Assembly: GCA_965601925.1 (NCBI GenBank)
Contig: OZ271854.1
Coordinates: 4,928,001-4,992,000 of the forward strand
Direction of reading: 5' to 3'
DNA length: 64,000 nucleotides
From: Alkalispirochaeta sp.
GTDB lineage: Bacteria > Spirochaetota > Spirochaetia > DSM-27196 > Alkalispirochaetaceae
Under the pieces are notes generated by a model. The model saw nothing but the letters and a program-made list of their open reading frames with translations. It was not told the origin of the DNA and did no database searches. The first letter of the stretch is position 1, and every line of letters begins with the position of its first letter. The translations under genes and the position numbers were made by a program. This document shows positions 51,458-60,735 of the stretch, piece by piece.

Positions 51458-53194
51458 ATGGCAGATACCGGACGGATTATGACCGAGATACGCGGCATCC
51501 CCGCCTCTCCCGGGGTCGCCATCGGCGCCGCATGGATATTTCGTCACCAAGATCTACAGATCTCCGACGAACCCATCGACGGTAAGGCCGTGGAGGCCGA
51601 GTTTCAGCGGTTTCTCGACGGTCGCGCGCGTGCCGAAGAGGAGTTACATGAGATTCACCGCAAGGCCCTCGCTACGCTGGGAGCCGAAGAGGCGGAGATA
51701 TTCGAGGGACACATAGAGCTTCTGGGCGATGATGAGATCGAGAGTGAGGTGCGCTCGGCCATCACGGGCGAGTTGATGTGTGCCGAAAAGGCGGCGTCGG
51801 TCGTGATGGAACGGAACGCCGCCGATATGGAGGCTCTCGACGACGAGTATATGCGCGAACGGGGAGCCGATCTGCGCGATATCGGCAAGCGGTTGGTGTA
51901 CGCCATCGCCGGCGTCGAACTGGCGAGCCTCGATGCAGTCCCCGAGCCGGTGATCGTCGTCGCCGACGACCTGACGCCGTCGGATACCGCCCAAATGGAC
52001 GCGGAGAAAATCCTGGGGTTTGCAACCTCATCGGGAGGGCCGACATCCCACGTTGCAATTATGGCTCGCACCCTGGCGATTCCCGCCGTCGTGGGGTGCG
52101 GCGATGAGCTCTCCCGCCTCGCGGGGAACACGCCGGTCGTACTCGACGGAACCGAAGGGGTCCTCCATCCCCATCCCGACCGCGACCGGGTAACCGAGTA
52201 CGAACGACGCATCGAGGCGGCTCGTGTGGAGGCGGCCTCTCTGTCGACGTTCAAGGATCTCCCGGCGGAGACGAACGACGGCCGGCGCGTCGAGGTGTGC
52301 GCCAACATCGGAACCGATCGCGACGTGCACTCGGCGCTCGAGCACGGTGCGGAGGGCGTCGGACTGTATCGGACCGAGTTCCTCTTCATGGATAAGAGCG
52401 AGATGCCGGGTGAGGAGGAGCAGTTTCACTCCTACAAAGCGGTCGCCGAAGCGATGGGCGATCGTGGAGTGACGGTGCGTACACTCGATATCGGCGGCGA
52501 CAAGGGGCTCGACTATCTCGAGTTTCCACGCGAGCTCAACCCTTTTTTGGGTTGGCGCGCGATCCGCATGTGCCTCGATGCACCGGAGATTCTCGATACG
52601 CAGCTGCGCTCGTTACTGCGGGCGAGTCACTTCGGGAAGCTCCGCATCATGTTTCCGATGGTCATCTCCGTGGAGGAGATCAGACGGCTCAAAACGCGTA
52701 TCAAGGAGATCATGGACGATTTACGCAGCGCCGAAATCCCCTTCGACCCCGACGTCGAGATCGGCATCATGATCGAGACTCCCGCCGCGGTCGTGATCGC
52801 GTCGCACCTGGCGAGAGAGGTCGATTTTTTCAGCATCGGAACCAACGACCTCACGCAATATACCTTAGCGGTCGACCGCGGCAACGAGAAGATCGCTCAT
52901 CTGTACGACCCGCTTCACCCGGCGGTGCTCGCCTCAATACGCAACGTGATCGAGGCCGCGCACGAGCGGAACAAGTGGGTCGGAATGTGCGGCGAACTCG
53001 CCGGTGACGAGCGGGCAAGCGTCGTTCTCCTCGGTATGGGTCTGGACGAGTTCAGTATGAGTGCACCGGCCATTGCGCGAGTGAAGCGCGCGATCCGCCG
53101 CGTCTCATACGCCGATGCACAGTCTCTCGCCGCCGAAGTGGCAAAGCTGGGAACGAGTGCCGAGATACGCGCCCTCCTAAACACGACGCCCTGA
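51458..53194 (+). CDS. ptsI: PTS enzyme I
   Basis: GGPTSHVAIMAR, GLYRTEFL, RTLDIGGDK, NPFLGWRAIR, SIGTNDL, MCGE. Confidence 0.97.
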   Translation: MADTGRIMTEIRGIPASPGVAIGAAWIFRHQDLQISDEPIDGKAVEAEFQRFLDGRARAEEELHEIHRKALATLGAEEAEIFEGHIELLGDDEIESEVRSAITGELMCAEKAASVVMERNAADMEALDDEYMRERGADLRDIGKRLVYAIAGVELASLDAVPEPVIVVADDLTPSDTAQMDAEKILGFATSSGGPTSHVAIMARTLAIPAVVGCGDELSRLAGNTPVVLDGTEGVLHPHPDRDRVTEYERRIEAARVEAASLSTFKDLPAETNDGRRVEVCANIGTDRDVHSALEHGAEGVGLYRTEFLFMDKSEMPGEEEQFHSYKAVAEAMGDRGVTVRTLDIGGDKGLDYLEFPRELNPFLGWRAIRMCLDAPEILDTQLRSLLRASHFGKLRIMFPMVISVEEIRRLKTRIKEIMDDLRSAEIPFDPDVEIGIMIETPAAVVIASHLAREVDFFSIGTNDLTQYTLAVDRGNEKIAHLYDPLHPAVLASIRNVIEAAHERNKWVGMCGELAGDERASVVLLGMGLDEFSMSAPAIARVKRAIRRVSYADAQSLAAEVAKLGTSAEIRALLNTTP

Positions 53195-53318
53195 GCTCCG
53201 GGCCTGGGCAGGCGGGCCCGGCCGGACGCGTGTCGGGCCTCCGAACGATCGGCTTCGCCGTCGGCGTGTATCGATGCGTCGCCTGTCAATCCCCGCGCGC
53301 CTCGGTATAGAATGGCGC

Positions 53319-53837
53319 ATGGTCGATATCGGTCTTTACTACTACAGCTACGAGGGTTTCACCGATCGCGTGATGCGAGCGGTCGAGGCGGAACTTGCCG
53401 TGTCGGGTGCTACCGCCGAGCACGTGTATCTCGAGCGGTTGGTTCCGACACGCGAAAAACGGCGTACGGGACTCGCGAAGTACATGTGGGGCGGCAGAGA
53501 GGCGCTCATGGGGCGGAGACCGCACCTCCAAACGATTAAACGGGAACCGACGAACGGTTCGGTACTGGTGATCGCGGGCCCGGTGTGGGCCTTTACCTAC
53601 CCTCCTCCGATCGGGAGCTTCATCGCGCGATACGACCTGTCCTCTCATCCGATAGCCGGCATACTCACCCACGACGGCGGTCCCATGCGGGCGTTGGACA
53701 AGCTGGCGCAGGCGTTGCAGCCGGCGCGCGTTATCGGAACCGCGGCCTTGCTCAATACCGGTGGCGACAAACCGGTTGAGTTGGACTCGCTACGACCGCT
53801 ACTCGAGTCCGTTGTCGCGGAGGCGATGCGTCGCTGA
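53319..53837 (+). CDS. Flavodoxin-like protein
   Basis: YYYSYEGFT, AGPVWAF..PPPI.SF. Confidence 0.75.
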   Translation: MVDIGLYYYSYEGFTDRVMRAVEAELAVSGATAEHVYLERLVPTREKRRTGLAKYMWGGREALMGRRPHLQTIKREPTNGSVLVIAGPVWAFTYPPPIGSFIARYDLSSHPIAGILTHDGGPMRALDKLAQALQPARVIGTAALLNTGGDKPVELDSLRPLLESVVAEAMRR

Positions 53838-53933
53838 CGCGCTGCAACGGAGTCCGAAATCGCCTCGCAGGCCGCATGTGCCGGCGGTTACGCGTTGACC
53901 CGTGGTAAAAGGTGCGATACCGTTATGTGGCCT

Positions 53934-54380
53934 ATGCTCAGCGATGTCTTGAGCGAAACGCTCATCACGTGCGACCTCGACGCCTCGAATGGTGAGGAGG
54001 TCATCGACGCGCTCGTGGATCTTATTTGCACCACCGGAGAGGTACGGAATCGGAAGACTGCGCTTGAGGACGTGTTGGCCAACGAGCGACGATCATCCAC
54101 CGGAATGCAGTACGGTGTGGCGATCCCCCACGCCAAGACCACGGCCGTAGACCGTTTGCTTGCCGCCGTCGCGATCACGCGAAACCCGATAGCGTTCGAT
54201 AGTCTCGACGGAAAACCGTGCGATATCTTCGTCATGACGCTCTCTCCAATCGACCAGGTGGGTCCGCATATGCGTTTTCTGGCTGAGATCGGACGACTTC
54301 TTAAAAACCGCCGGACACGGAAATCGCTCAGGCAGGCGCGTACCAATGCGGAACTGCTGTCCGCCTTTGTGGACGGTTGA
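53934..54380 (+). CDS. PTS IIA (fructose/Ntr-type) domain protein
   Basis: STGMQYGVAIPHAK, FDSLDGKP; start uncertain. Confidence 0.88.
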   Translation: MLSDVLSETLITCDLDASNGEEVIDALVDLICTTGEVRNRKTALEDVLANERRSSTGMQYGVAIPHAKTTAVDRLLAAVAITRNPIAFDSLDGKPCDIFVMTLSPIDQVGPHMRFLAEIGRLLKNRRTRKSLRQARTNAELLSAFVDG

Positions 54381-54395
54381 GTAGGACCGCCCGAC

Positions 54396-55901
54396 CTACA
54401 ACGCCATCATCACGAATGTCAGCACGACTGCGGCGCCGGTGGCGATGGTGAGGGCTATCTGGGCGTCAATGCGATAGGCGACGCGCAACCGCGCTCGCAC
54501 GGGACGCACCGAGGCGAGAAGCATTCTCCGAATGAACGGTTCGCGCTCCTCATGCCCCGGCAGCGACAGTAACCGGCGCCGTACGAGAAACCACAAAGCC
54601 AACGCCAGCCCCGCGGGATAGACGCCCGAGAATATCGCCTGCGGGCTGTAGAACTCGTGTACCGGAACGCCCGGCACGGCCGCTGGAAACAGCCCGATAC
54701 CGATGGAAAGCGCCGATAGGGTGACGAGGGCGATCGACGCCATGGGAGTGAGGCGGATCCGTTCGACCCGACGACCACTTCGGACCGATTCGTCCTGGTG
54801 CGCCGGCCGAAGGAATATCAGGTAGATGAACTTTGTAAAGGAGAGTCCCGTCCCGACGCTCGCGACGATTAAGAGCGTGGTCTGCAACTCGCCTCCGACC
54901 TTCTTCAAAAGCTCCTTACTGACGTATCCGCTCGTAAAGGGTAGTCCGACGATGGAAAGTGCGCCGATGACGGCACAGACGAAGACTAACGGCATGGAAC
55001 GGGCGAGCCGTCCCATGCGACGCAGGTCGTCGTGACCCACGTAGTCCACCACTATCGCAACCACCAAAAAGAGCAGCGCCTTGTACAGAATGTGATTTAC
55101 CGAATGAAAAAGCCCCGCGGTAATTCCCGCGTCGGCCTCGCCGGTACCGGCAAGGCCGACCCCCGCTAGCATGTACCCGACCTGGCTAATGATATGGTAG
55201 GAGAGGAGTCGTCGCGCCGAGTGTTGCACCAGTGCGCACAGTACGGCACATACCGCGACGACGGCGCCGATGATGCTCAGAATCGGTAGCGCGTGATGGA
55301 CGAACACCACCGACTCGGCGGCGGTGTACACACCCACTTTGGTAGCGTAGGCGGAGAGGACGAAGCTCCCTAGGAATCCGGCGCGAGTGTAGGAGCCGAT
55401 CAGCCAACCGTGAAGGGGCATCATCGCCGTCTTGATGAGCACCGCCGATATCATAAAGGGTTGCGCCGCCGCTCCCAGCGGCCCCACCTCGAGCGACCCG
55501 CTCTCGTCGGCGTGGATGACGATTGCGATGAAAAAGAGCGCCGCAGCGCATATCTGCGCCGCAAGGTACCAGTAGGCGGCGCGTTCGGAGTCCTCGTTCC
55601 GGAGTGTACGCCCGGGGCCGGAGCGAAGATCCCTCGTGTACACCATCGAGAGGCCGGGCCGCGGCCCGCAGCGAATGATGGCGAAGGCGGAAAAGGTGAG
55701 CAACTCCCACGCCACCAGAAGCGTCAAAAGATCGTGCGCAATGACCGACAACGCGCCGGAAAGCGCGTGGACACCAGCGGCGATACATAACGGCCGCTCT
55801 TTCACCGCCAGGGCGAGGCCGATCCCGAGTCCGCCGATCAGGAGATACACCCCGAGGAGCACCCGGTCGAGTCCCGTCGGCACGGCAAGAACGAACGGCA
55901 T
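54396..55901 (-). CDS. Mrp/Mnh antiporter MnhD/MnhA-like proton-conducting subunit
   Basis: WELL, KTAMMPLHGWL, TKVGVY, LLSYHIISQVGY, HSVNHILYKALLF. Confidence 0.88.
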   Translation of the reverse strand: MPFVLAVPTGLDRVLLGVYLLIGGLGIGLALAVKERPLCIAAGVHALSGALSVIAHDLLTLLVAWELLTFSAFAIIRCGPRPGLSMVYTRDLRSGPGRTLRNEDSERAAYWYLAAQICAAALFFIAIVIHADESGSLEVGPLGAAAQPFMISAVLIKTAMMPLHGWLIGSYTRAGFLGSFVLSAYATKVGVYTAAESVVFVHHALPILSIIGAVVAVCAVLCALVQHSARRLLSYHIISQVGYMLAGVGLAGTGEADAGITAGLFHSVNHILYKALLFLVVAIVVDYVGHDDLRRMGRLARSMPLVFVCAVIGALSIVGLPFTSGYVSKELLKKVGGELQTTLLIVASVGTGLSFTKFIYLIFLRPAHQDESVRSGRRVERIRLTPMASIALVTLSALSIGIGLFPAAVPGVPVHEFYSPQAIFSGVYPAGLALALWFLVRRRLLSLPGHEEREPFIRRMLLASVRPVRARLRVAYRIDAQIALTIATGAAVVLTFVMMAL

Positions 55902-55903
55902 CG

Positions 55904-57403
55904 TCACACCCCTCCCTGGACGATACCGAGATACGCGTCGATATCGACGAGAGTCGCCGCGGCGCGTGCGACGATCGACTCTATCCTCGGCCCGATGAAT
56001 CCGAGAGCGAGCGTCGCTACACTGAGAACGCCCGCCAACACAAGCGAAAATCGAGCGGCGCGCCGTCCCTCCGCCTGAGGCTCGGTACGGGAGAGCCCGA
56101 GGTGGAATATCCGCGCGTAGTAGAGCATCGATATAACGGTGCCCGCGGCGACGATCGCTACCGGCGCGGCGCCGTACGCGGTATACGCCTCGCCGGCGAC
56201 GCGCCACTTACTAAAAAACCCGCTGGTCGGCGGTATGCCGACGAGGGCGAGGGACGCGAGCAAAAACGCGGCGAACCCTACGCGCTCGGTGGTGGCGACG
56301 CCGCGCAGCCGTTCCAACGTCGACTCTCCCACGCGATCGATCAACGACCGTCCGGAGTAAAAGAGCGTCGTCTTCATGAGAGAGTGAAACACGATGTGAA
56401 GCAGCACGGCGCCGCCGGCCGCCGTCGCAAGCGATGCGCCGTCGGCCTCGATCGCCGCGGCCAGACCCACGAGGATGTAACCGACGTGAGCTACGCTCGA
56501 GAACGCGAGCAGACGCTTCAGATCCCGTTCCACCAGCGCGATCGTGTGTCCCGCAAGAATATTGACGGCCCCGAGCACCAAAAGCACCGATCCGCCCGCC
56601 TCGAGGAGCGTCGGAATCCTAAGCGTGTGCATCAGAAGCCGCACGAACGCATAGAGGTATATCTTCATTCCCGTCCCGGAGAGCAGTGCGGCGACGCTAC
56701 TGCCGGCCGCATCGTATGAGGGGGCCTGCCAGAAATGGAACGGTATCAGGCCGAACTTGATGCCGAGCGATGCGATCACGAGTCCTACCACCACCCGATA
56801 TGCACCGACCGGCATATCGTGTACTCGCGATGCTATCTCGGCCATCGTCAGAGTACCGGTGCCGGCGTATATCACCATTACGGCGATCAAAAAAAGAGTA
56901 CCCGAGACGGAGGCGAACAGGAGGTAGACAAATCCGGCGCCGGCGCCCTGAGGGCGCTGCTTGTGCGTGATGAGTCCGACCGTCGAGACCGACGCGAGCT
57001 CGACAAACACGAAAAGGTTGAAAATATCGCCGGCGACGACGATCCCGGAGAGCGCGGCAAGCAGCAGCTGCGAGAGAATCCACATTCCCGGACGAGCCCT
57101 GCGTTCCTGAGCGAGGGCGTGGGCGAGAAACACACCGTGCCCGGCGCACAGCAGTGTGAGAAATACTATCGTCAGTGAGTCGGCGACCATGACGATTCCG
57201 AGGGGTGCCGACCATCCACCGACTCGGTAGAGCACCGTGTCGACGGCGACTTCGGCGCTCAAGCGATAGATCGCAACGGCGTGAGCTGCGGCGGAGAAAA
57301 CAAGCAGCATCCGCACCGCCCTCTCGCTTCGCCGAACGACAAGCGAGGAGGCCACCGCTGTGGCGAGGGGAATCAAAACGACGGCAACGAGCCCATGGTT
57401 CAC
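55904..57403 (-). CDS. mnhD: Mrp/Mnh antiporter subunit D
   Basis: GDIFNLFVFVEL, KFGLIPFHFW, DLKRLLAFSS, GIPPTSGF.SKW. Confidence 0.9.
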   Translation of the reverse strand: MNHGLVAVVLIPLATAVASSLVVRRSERAVRMLLVFSAAAHAVAIYRLSAEVAVDTVLYRVGGWSAPLGIVMVADSLTIVFLTLLCAGHGVFLAHALAQERRARPGMWILSQLLLAALSGIVVAGDIFNLFVFVELASVSTVGLITHKQRPQGAGAGFVYLLFASVSGTLFLIAVMVIYAGTGTLTMAEIASRVHDMPVGAYRVVVGLVIASLGIKFGLIPFHFWQAPSYDAAGSSVAALLSGTGMKIYLYAFVRLLMHTLRIPTLLEAGGSVLLVLGAVNILAGHTIALVERDLKRLLAFSSVAHVGYILVGLAAAIEADGASLATAAGGAVLLHIVFHSLMKTTLFYSGRSLIDRVGESTLERLRGVATTERVGFAAFLLASLALVGIPPTSGFFSKWRVAGEAYTAYGAAPVAIVAAGTVISMLYYARIFHLGLSRTEPQAEGRRAARFSLVLAGVLSVATLALGFIGPRIESIVARAAATLVDIDAYLGIVQGGV

Positions 57404-57741
57404 CGTTGCCTCCGAAATACGACGCCGATGTCGGTCGTCCCGTGTCGAGCGTACACGACGACGGTCAAGGCCAGCGCCACCGAGAGCACACCGGCGCCGA
57501 TAACGATCGCCGTCAAAGCCAACGCGTGGGGAAGGGGATCGACGAACACGCTCGCGTTACCGTCGATAATCGGCGCCGCGCCGTCGGGGCGGTATGCGAG
57601 GGAGACGAGCGATAGAATCAGCGCGGAGTCCATGACGCTGAGACTTACGCATATCTTGATCATATCGCGTTGCGTGAGGACACCGAATAGCCCGATTCCG
57701 AAGACGATCGCCGAGGCGATGTATCCGGCCTGCTGCAGCAC
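57400..57741 (-). CDS. mnhC: Mrp/Mnh antiporter subunit C
   Basis: DPLPHALALTAIVIG. Confidence 0.92.
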   Translation of the reverse strand: MLQQAGYIASAIVFGIGLFGVLTQRDMIKICVSLSVMDSALILSLVSLAYRPDGAAPIIDGNASVFVDPLPHALALTAIVIGAGVLSVALALTVVVYARHGTTDIGVVFRRQR

Positions 57742-58451
57742 TACTCGCCCCCCGTGGAGAGCAGATCGAAGATAATCGAGCCGAGACCCGCAGCGACCTT
57801 GAGCCCGATGATAATGTTGAGGAGCGGGATAACGCCGCCGCTCAAAAGCGATCCGGGCTCGCCTCGGGAAAAGCCAGCCGCGGCATTCGCCAAGTACGGA
57901 AGGCCGCGGACGACGCCGATCAGTCCGACCAGCAAAAACGCCGCGGCGCTCAACGACTCGGTATCGTGTAGTCGCTCAAGCCCGACCGCGTGCGATGCAC
58001 GGAGCGTACCGAAGACGACCGCCAACAAAATGAGCAGTACCGCCAGACTCACTCCACCCTGAAATCCCCCGCCGGGCGAGAGATGGCCGTGGAATATGAT
58101 GTAGATCGGAAACATGAGAAAGAGCGCCGCCAGATAGGCGACCGCTCGCCGCACCAAGAGGCTCAAACCCGCATTGGAACGCCGGAGCGTGGATCCCGCA
58201 AAGACGGCGCCGACCGCGGCCACGGAGGCGAAGATAACGCTCGCTTCGCCCAGAGTATCGAAGGCGCGAAAGTCGAGGAGGATCGTCGCGACGACGTTAA
58301 CGGCCCCCGAGGCGGGCACCGAACCTCCCAAGAGGCGCGGCGCGATGTTCGGCGAACGGATTTCCGTAGTGGTAAACGAGATAAGGAGCGCTGCGAATCC
58401 GACGGCGGTGGTGACGGCCACGACCAGACCGAGCGTGGAGCGTTTTTTCAT
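57741..58451 (-). CDS. mnhB: Mrp/Mnh subunit B (MnhB with N-terminal DFRAFDTLGE module)
   Basis: NVVATILLDFRAFDTLGE; GHLSPGGGFQGG. Confidence 0.88.
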   Translation of the reverse strand: MKKRSTLGLVVAVTTAVGFAALLISFTTTEIRSPNIAPRLLGGSVPASGAVNVVATILLDFRAFDTLGEASVIFASVAAVGAVFAGSTLRRSNAGLSLLVRRAVAYLAALFLMFPIYIIFHGHLSPGGGFQGGVSLAVLLILLAVVFGTLRASHAVGLERLHDTESLSAAAFLLVGLIGVVRGLPYLANAAAGFSRGEPGSLLSGGVIPLLNIIIGLKVAAGLGSIIFDLLSTGGE

Positions 58452-58690
58452 CGGCGGCTCCGCGTTCGATTCACGGCAGTAATGAAAATTGCGGTCATGA
58501 GCCCGGCGCCGATAACCGCCTCCGCCATCGCCACGTCGACCGCTTGGAGCATCGCAAACGAGACGGTGGTAAGGATGCTGAATACCGAGAGAATAATGAT
58601 CGAAGTGATGTATCCCCGGGCTACCACGGCGCCGAACGCGGCGATCACCACAAGTATCAACAGCGCAAGAAAGACCCAATCAAGCGTCAC
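58448..58690 (-). CDS. DUF4040/MbhD-like small Mrp subunit
   Basis: LQAVDVAMAEAVIGAGL motif. Confidence 0.85.
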   Translation of the reverse strand: MTLDWVFLALLILVVIAAFGAVVARGYITSIIILSVFSILTTVSFAMLQAVDVAMAEAVIGAGLMTAIFITAVNRTRSRR

Positions 58691-59033
58691 TCGATCGCTC
58701 CATATGCTCGGCGTACTCATCGACGGCAAGGTGCCGTCTGGAACGCTCCGAGCGATAATTCGCCCGCGCGATGGCGTGAATAGCGATCGGATTCGTCGTT
58801 AACAGAAAGAGCGCTACCAGCACGGCGCGCACGGCGAATGCAAACGAGGGAGCGCGGAGGGCCACCCCGACGAGCAGTAGTCCGGCCCCGACGGTGAGCC
58901 CCTTGGTTCCGGCGTGAAGACGCGTGTAGGCGTCCGGGAAGCGGAGCATACCAACGGTCATCGCAAAGCAGAAAAAGAGCCCCGCGCCCATAAAGAGCGA
59001 ACCGGCGACGGCGCGAATCTCGGCGATCACCAC
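58680..59033 (-). CDS. mnhG: Mrp/Mnh antiporter subunit G
   Basis: GMLRFPDAYTRLHAGTK, TNPIAIHAIARA. Confidence 0.92.
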   Translation of the reverse strand: MVIAEIRAVAGSLFMGAGLFFCFAMTVGMLRFPDAYTRLHAGTKGLTVGAGLLLVGVALRAPSFAFAVRAVLVALFLLTTNPIAIHAIARANYRSERSRRHLAVDEYAEHMERSSDA

Positions 59034-59284
59034 GGCTCACTCCGGCGCTCCATAAATCGCGCGATGACGAGCGTGTCGGCAAAGAGAAGGAGCGAGTAAA
59101 CAATCGCGATATCCAGAAAGATCACCCGTTCGAAGAGGAGACCGAGAAGAACCAGGACGATCGTCATCATCGTTCCCACGGCGTCGGCGGCGGCGATGCG
59201 GTCCAACAGAGATGGTCCTTTGAGAACGCGAATCAGGCAAAAGCCGGCAAATCCGATAAGGAGCCCGGCACTGGTAACGATCAC
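59027..59284 (-). CDS. mnhF: Mrp/Mnh antiporter subunit F
   Basis: RVLKGPSLLDRIAAAD, FLDIAIVYSLL.F. Confidence 0.9.
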   Translation of the reverse strand: MIVTSAGLLIGFAGFCLIRVLKGPSLLDRIAAADAVGTMMTIVLVLLGLLFERVIFLDIAIVYSLLLFADTLVIARFMERRSEPW

Positions 59285-59823
59285 GCCCCGATCCTCCTCA
59301 TCCACGCTCGCAGTCCGCTGGTGACGCGACTATCGAAGTCGGCCTCTCCATATCCGGTTACGTCGATCCAGTGGACGTAGAGTACGTCGTCCTTCTCGTC
59401 GTAGTCGAGCGTCAACGTGCCGGGCGTCAGCGTCAGAAGATTTGCAAAGAGCGTCGTGCCCGAGACCGTGTTCATGCCGCCGTCGACCCGGACGATTCCC
59501 GGCCAGAAATCGATGCTCGGCTTGAGAGCGAGAAAGGCCATGTTGATACCCGACAACAGCACCTTCCAGAGAAAGACGGGAGCGAGGGCGCAGGCGGCGG
59601 CGAGTATTCGGACCGTACGTCGCGGCGAGGGTGGTCCGGACGGCGCGGGCCGCAGGCGCTCGCCTCTGCTCAACCACGAATCGCCGCCGATCAACTCTCG
59701 GAACACCGCGACCGACGTGATGCTGACCGCGACGCCGGTGATGATATTGATGGGCACCAAAGCTCCCGTAAGGGCGACCCAAATTCCGAAGAGGAAGACG
59801 GCCGCAAGCACGATCTTCACCAT
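59281..59823 (-). CDS. mnhE: Mrp/Mnh antiporter subunit E
   Basis: PGIV...ANLLTLTPGTLT...LYVHW; ATG at 59823 after TTGCGA-17-TACCAT. Confidence 0.9.
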   Translation of the reverse strand: MVKIVLAAVFLFGIWVALTGALVPINIITGVAVSITSVAVFRELIGGDSWLSRGERLRPAPSGPPSPRRTVRILAAACALAPVFLWKVLLSGINMAFLALKPSIDFWPGIVRVDGGMNTVSGTTLFANLLTLTPGTLTLDYDEKDDVLYVHWIDVTGYGEADFDSRVTSGLRAWMRRIGA

Positions 59824-59905
59824 GGAGCAAATGGTAGCCCATGCACCAAAGGCTCGCAAGGGTGGTGCGGTCTCGAGGGCGCATGTTGCAACCGCCCGTG
59901 CAGGC

Positions 59906-60134
59906 GGGGGCGGACGATGCGTTCCTCGCCTCCGTCTGCGGTACGCATCGGGGGGGGCAGACGATGCGTTCCTCGCCTCCGCCTGCGGTACGCATCGGGG
60001 GGCGGACGATGCGTTCCTCGGCTCGTCTGCGATACGCATCGGGGGGCAGACGATGCGTTCCTCGCCTCCGTCTGCGGTACGCATCGGGGGGCAGACGTTG
60101 CGTTCCTCGGCTCGCCTGCGGTACGCATCGGGGG
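59906..60134. repeat. Tandem array of five ~44-47-bp hairpin units
   Basis: G5-8 + c(a/g)ga + cgatgcgt-tcctcg..ctgcg(g/a)t-acgcatcg, five copies, no unique spacers. Confidence 0.93.
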
Positions 60135-60171
60135 CTGAGGATCTCGGGATTGGGGTCGCGCACGCCCCGAT

Positions 60172-60735
60172 TCACGGAGCTGAGCGGGAGCGCTCGGTGT
60201 AATGATCCACAGAGAAGCTGTAGGTAACCTTGACGGTGTACATCATGAGGGTGATACGGATGTACGACGCGGCTTCGGACGCAGCGAAGTAGGCGACGAA
60301 CAGCCCTGCGATGGCGGCGGCGAAGCCGACGATCGGCTGAATATCGCGCCCTCGCATGGATTCGACCCCGAACGCGCTCGCCACGGTAATCGCCCAAACC
60401 ACCATAGCGGGCGCAAAGGCGTCGCCGGAGACGAGGGCGAGAACGATCGGCTGGACGTGGACGGCGAAGAACACCACGCGTCGTCGCAGACTCTCTCCGT
60501 AGTAGCGATTGGTCGCCGGCGAGAGGTTGGCCACGACACCGCCGTAGATGTCGATCATCAACAGCGCGACGATTACCGTCGAGAAGACGTTCAACCCCAG
60601 CCACTCTTCGCGCGCAACCCACATCGTCGCTCCGGTCGCGGCAACGGCAAAACAACACACAAGCACGAGTACAAAGGGCGTCGTTTCGTCTCCGAACAAC
60701 TCGCGTAACCCGTGCGGTATCCGTACGTTCCTCAT
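60172..60735 (-). CDS. Hypothetical integral membrane protein
   Basis: Multiple hydrophobic segments; ATGA overlap with the tetR stop; GGAGG RBS. Confidence 0.75.
   Translation of the reverse strand: MRNVRIPHGLRELFGDETTPFVLVLVCCFAVAATGATMWVAREEWLGLNVFSTVIVALLMIDIYGGVVANLSPATNRYYGESLRRRVVFFAVHVQPIVLALVSGDAFAPAMVVWAITVASAFGVESMRGRDIQPIVGFAAAIAGLFVAYFAASEAASYIRITLMMYTVKVTYSFSVDHYTERSRSAP

Noticed and set aside
54396..59823. Membrane-bound hydrogenase (Mbh/Ech)
   Set aside because: No NiFe large/small or Fe-S subunits are adjacent.
59906..60134. CRISPR array
   Set aside because: Units are contiguous with no unique spacers, and there are no cas genes in the window.
59330..60658. Long ORFs and an extended mnhE N-terminus running through the tandem repeat
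   Set aside because: Repetitive translations of the hairpin array; a promoter supports the ATG at 59823.
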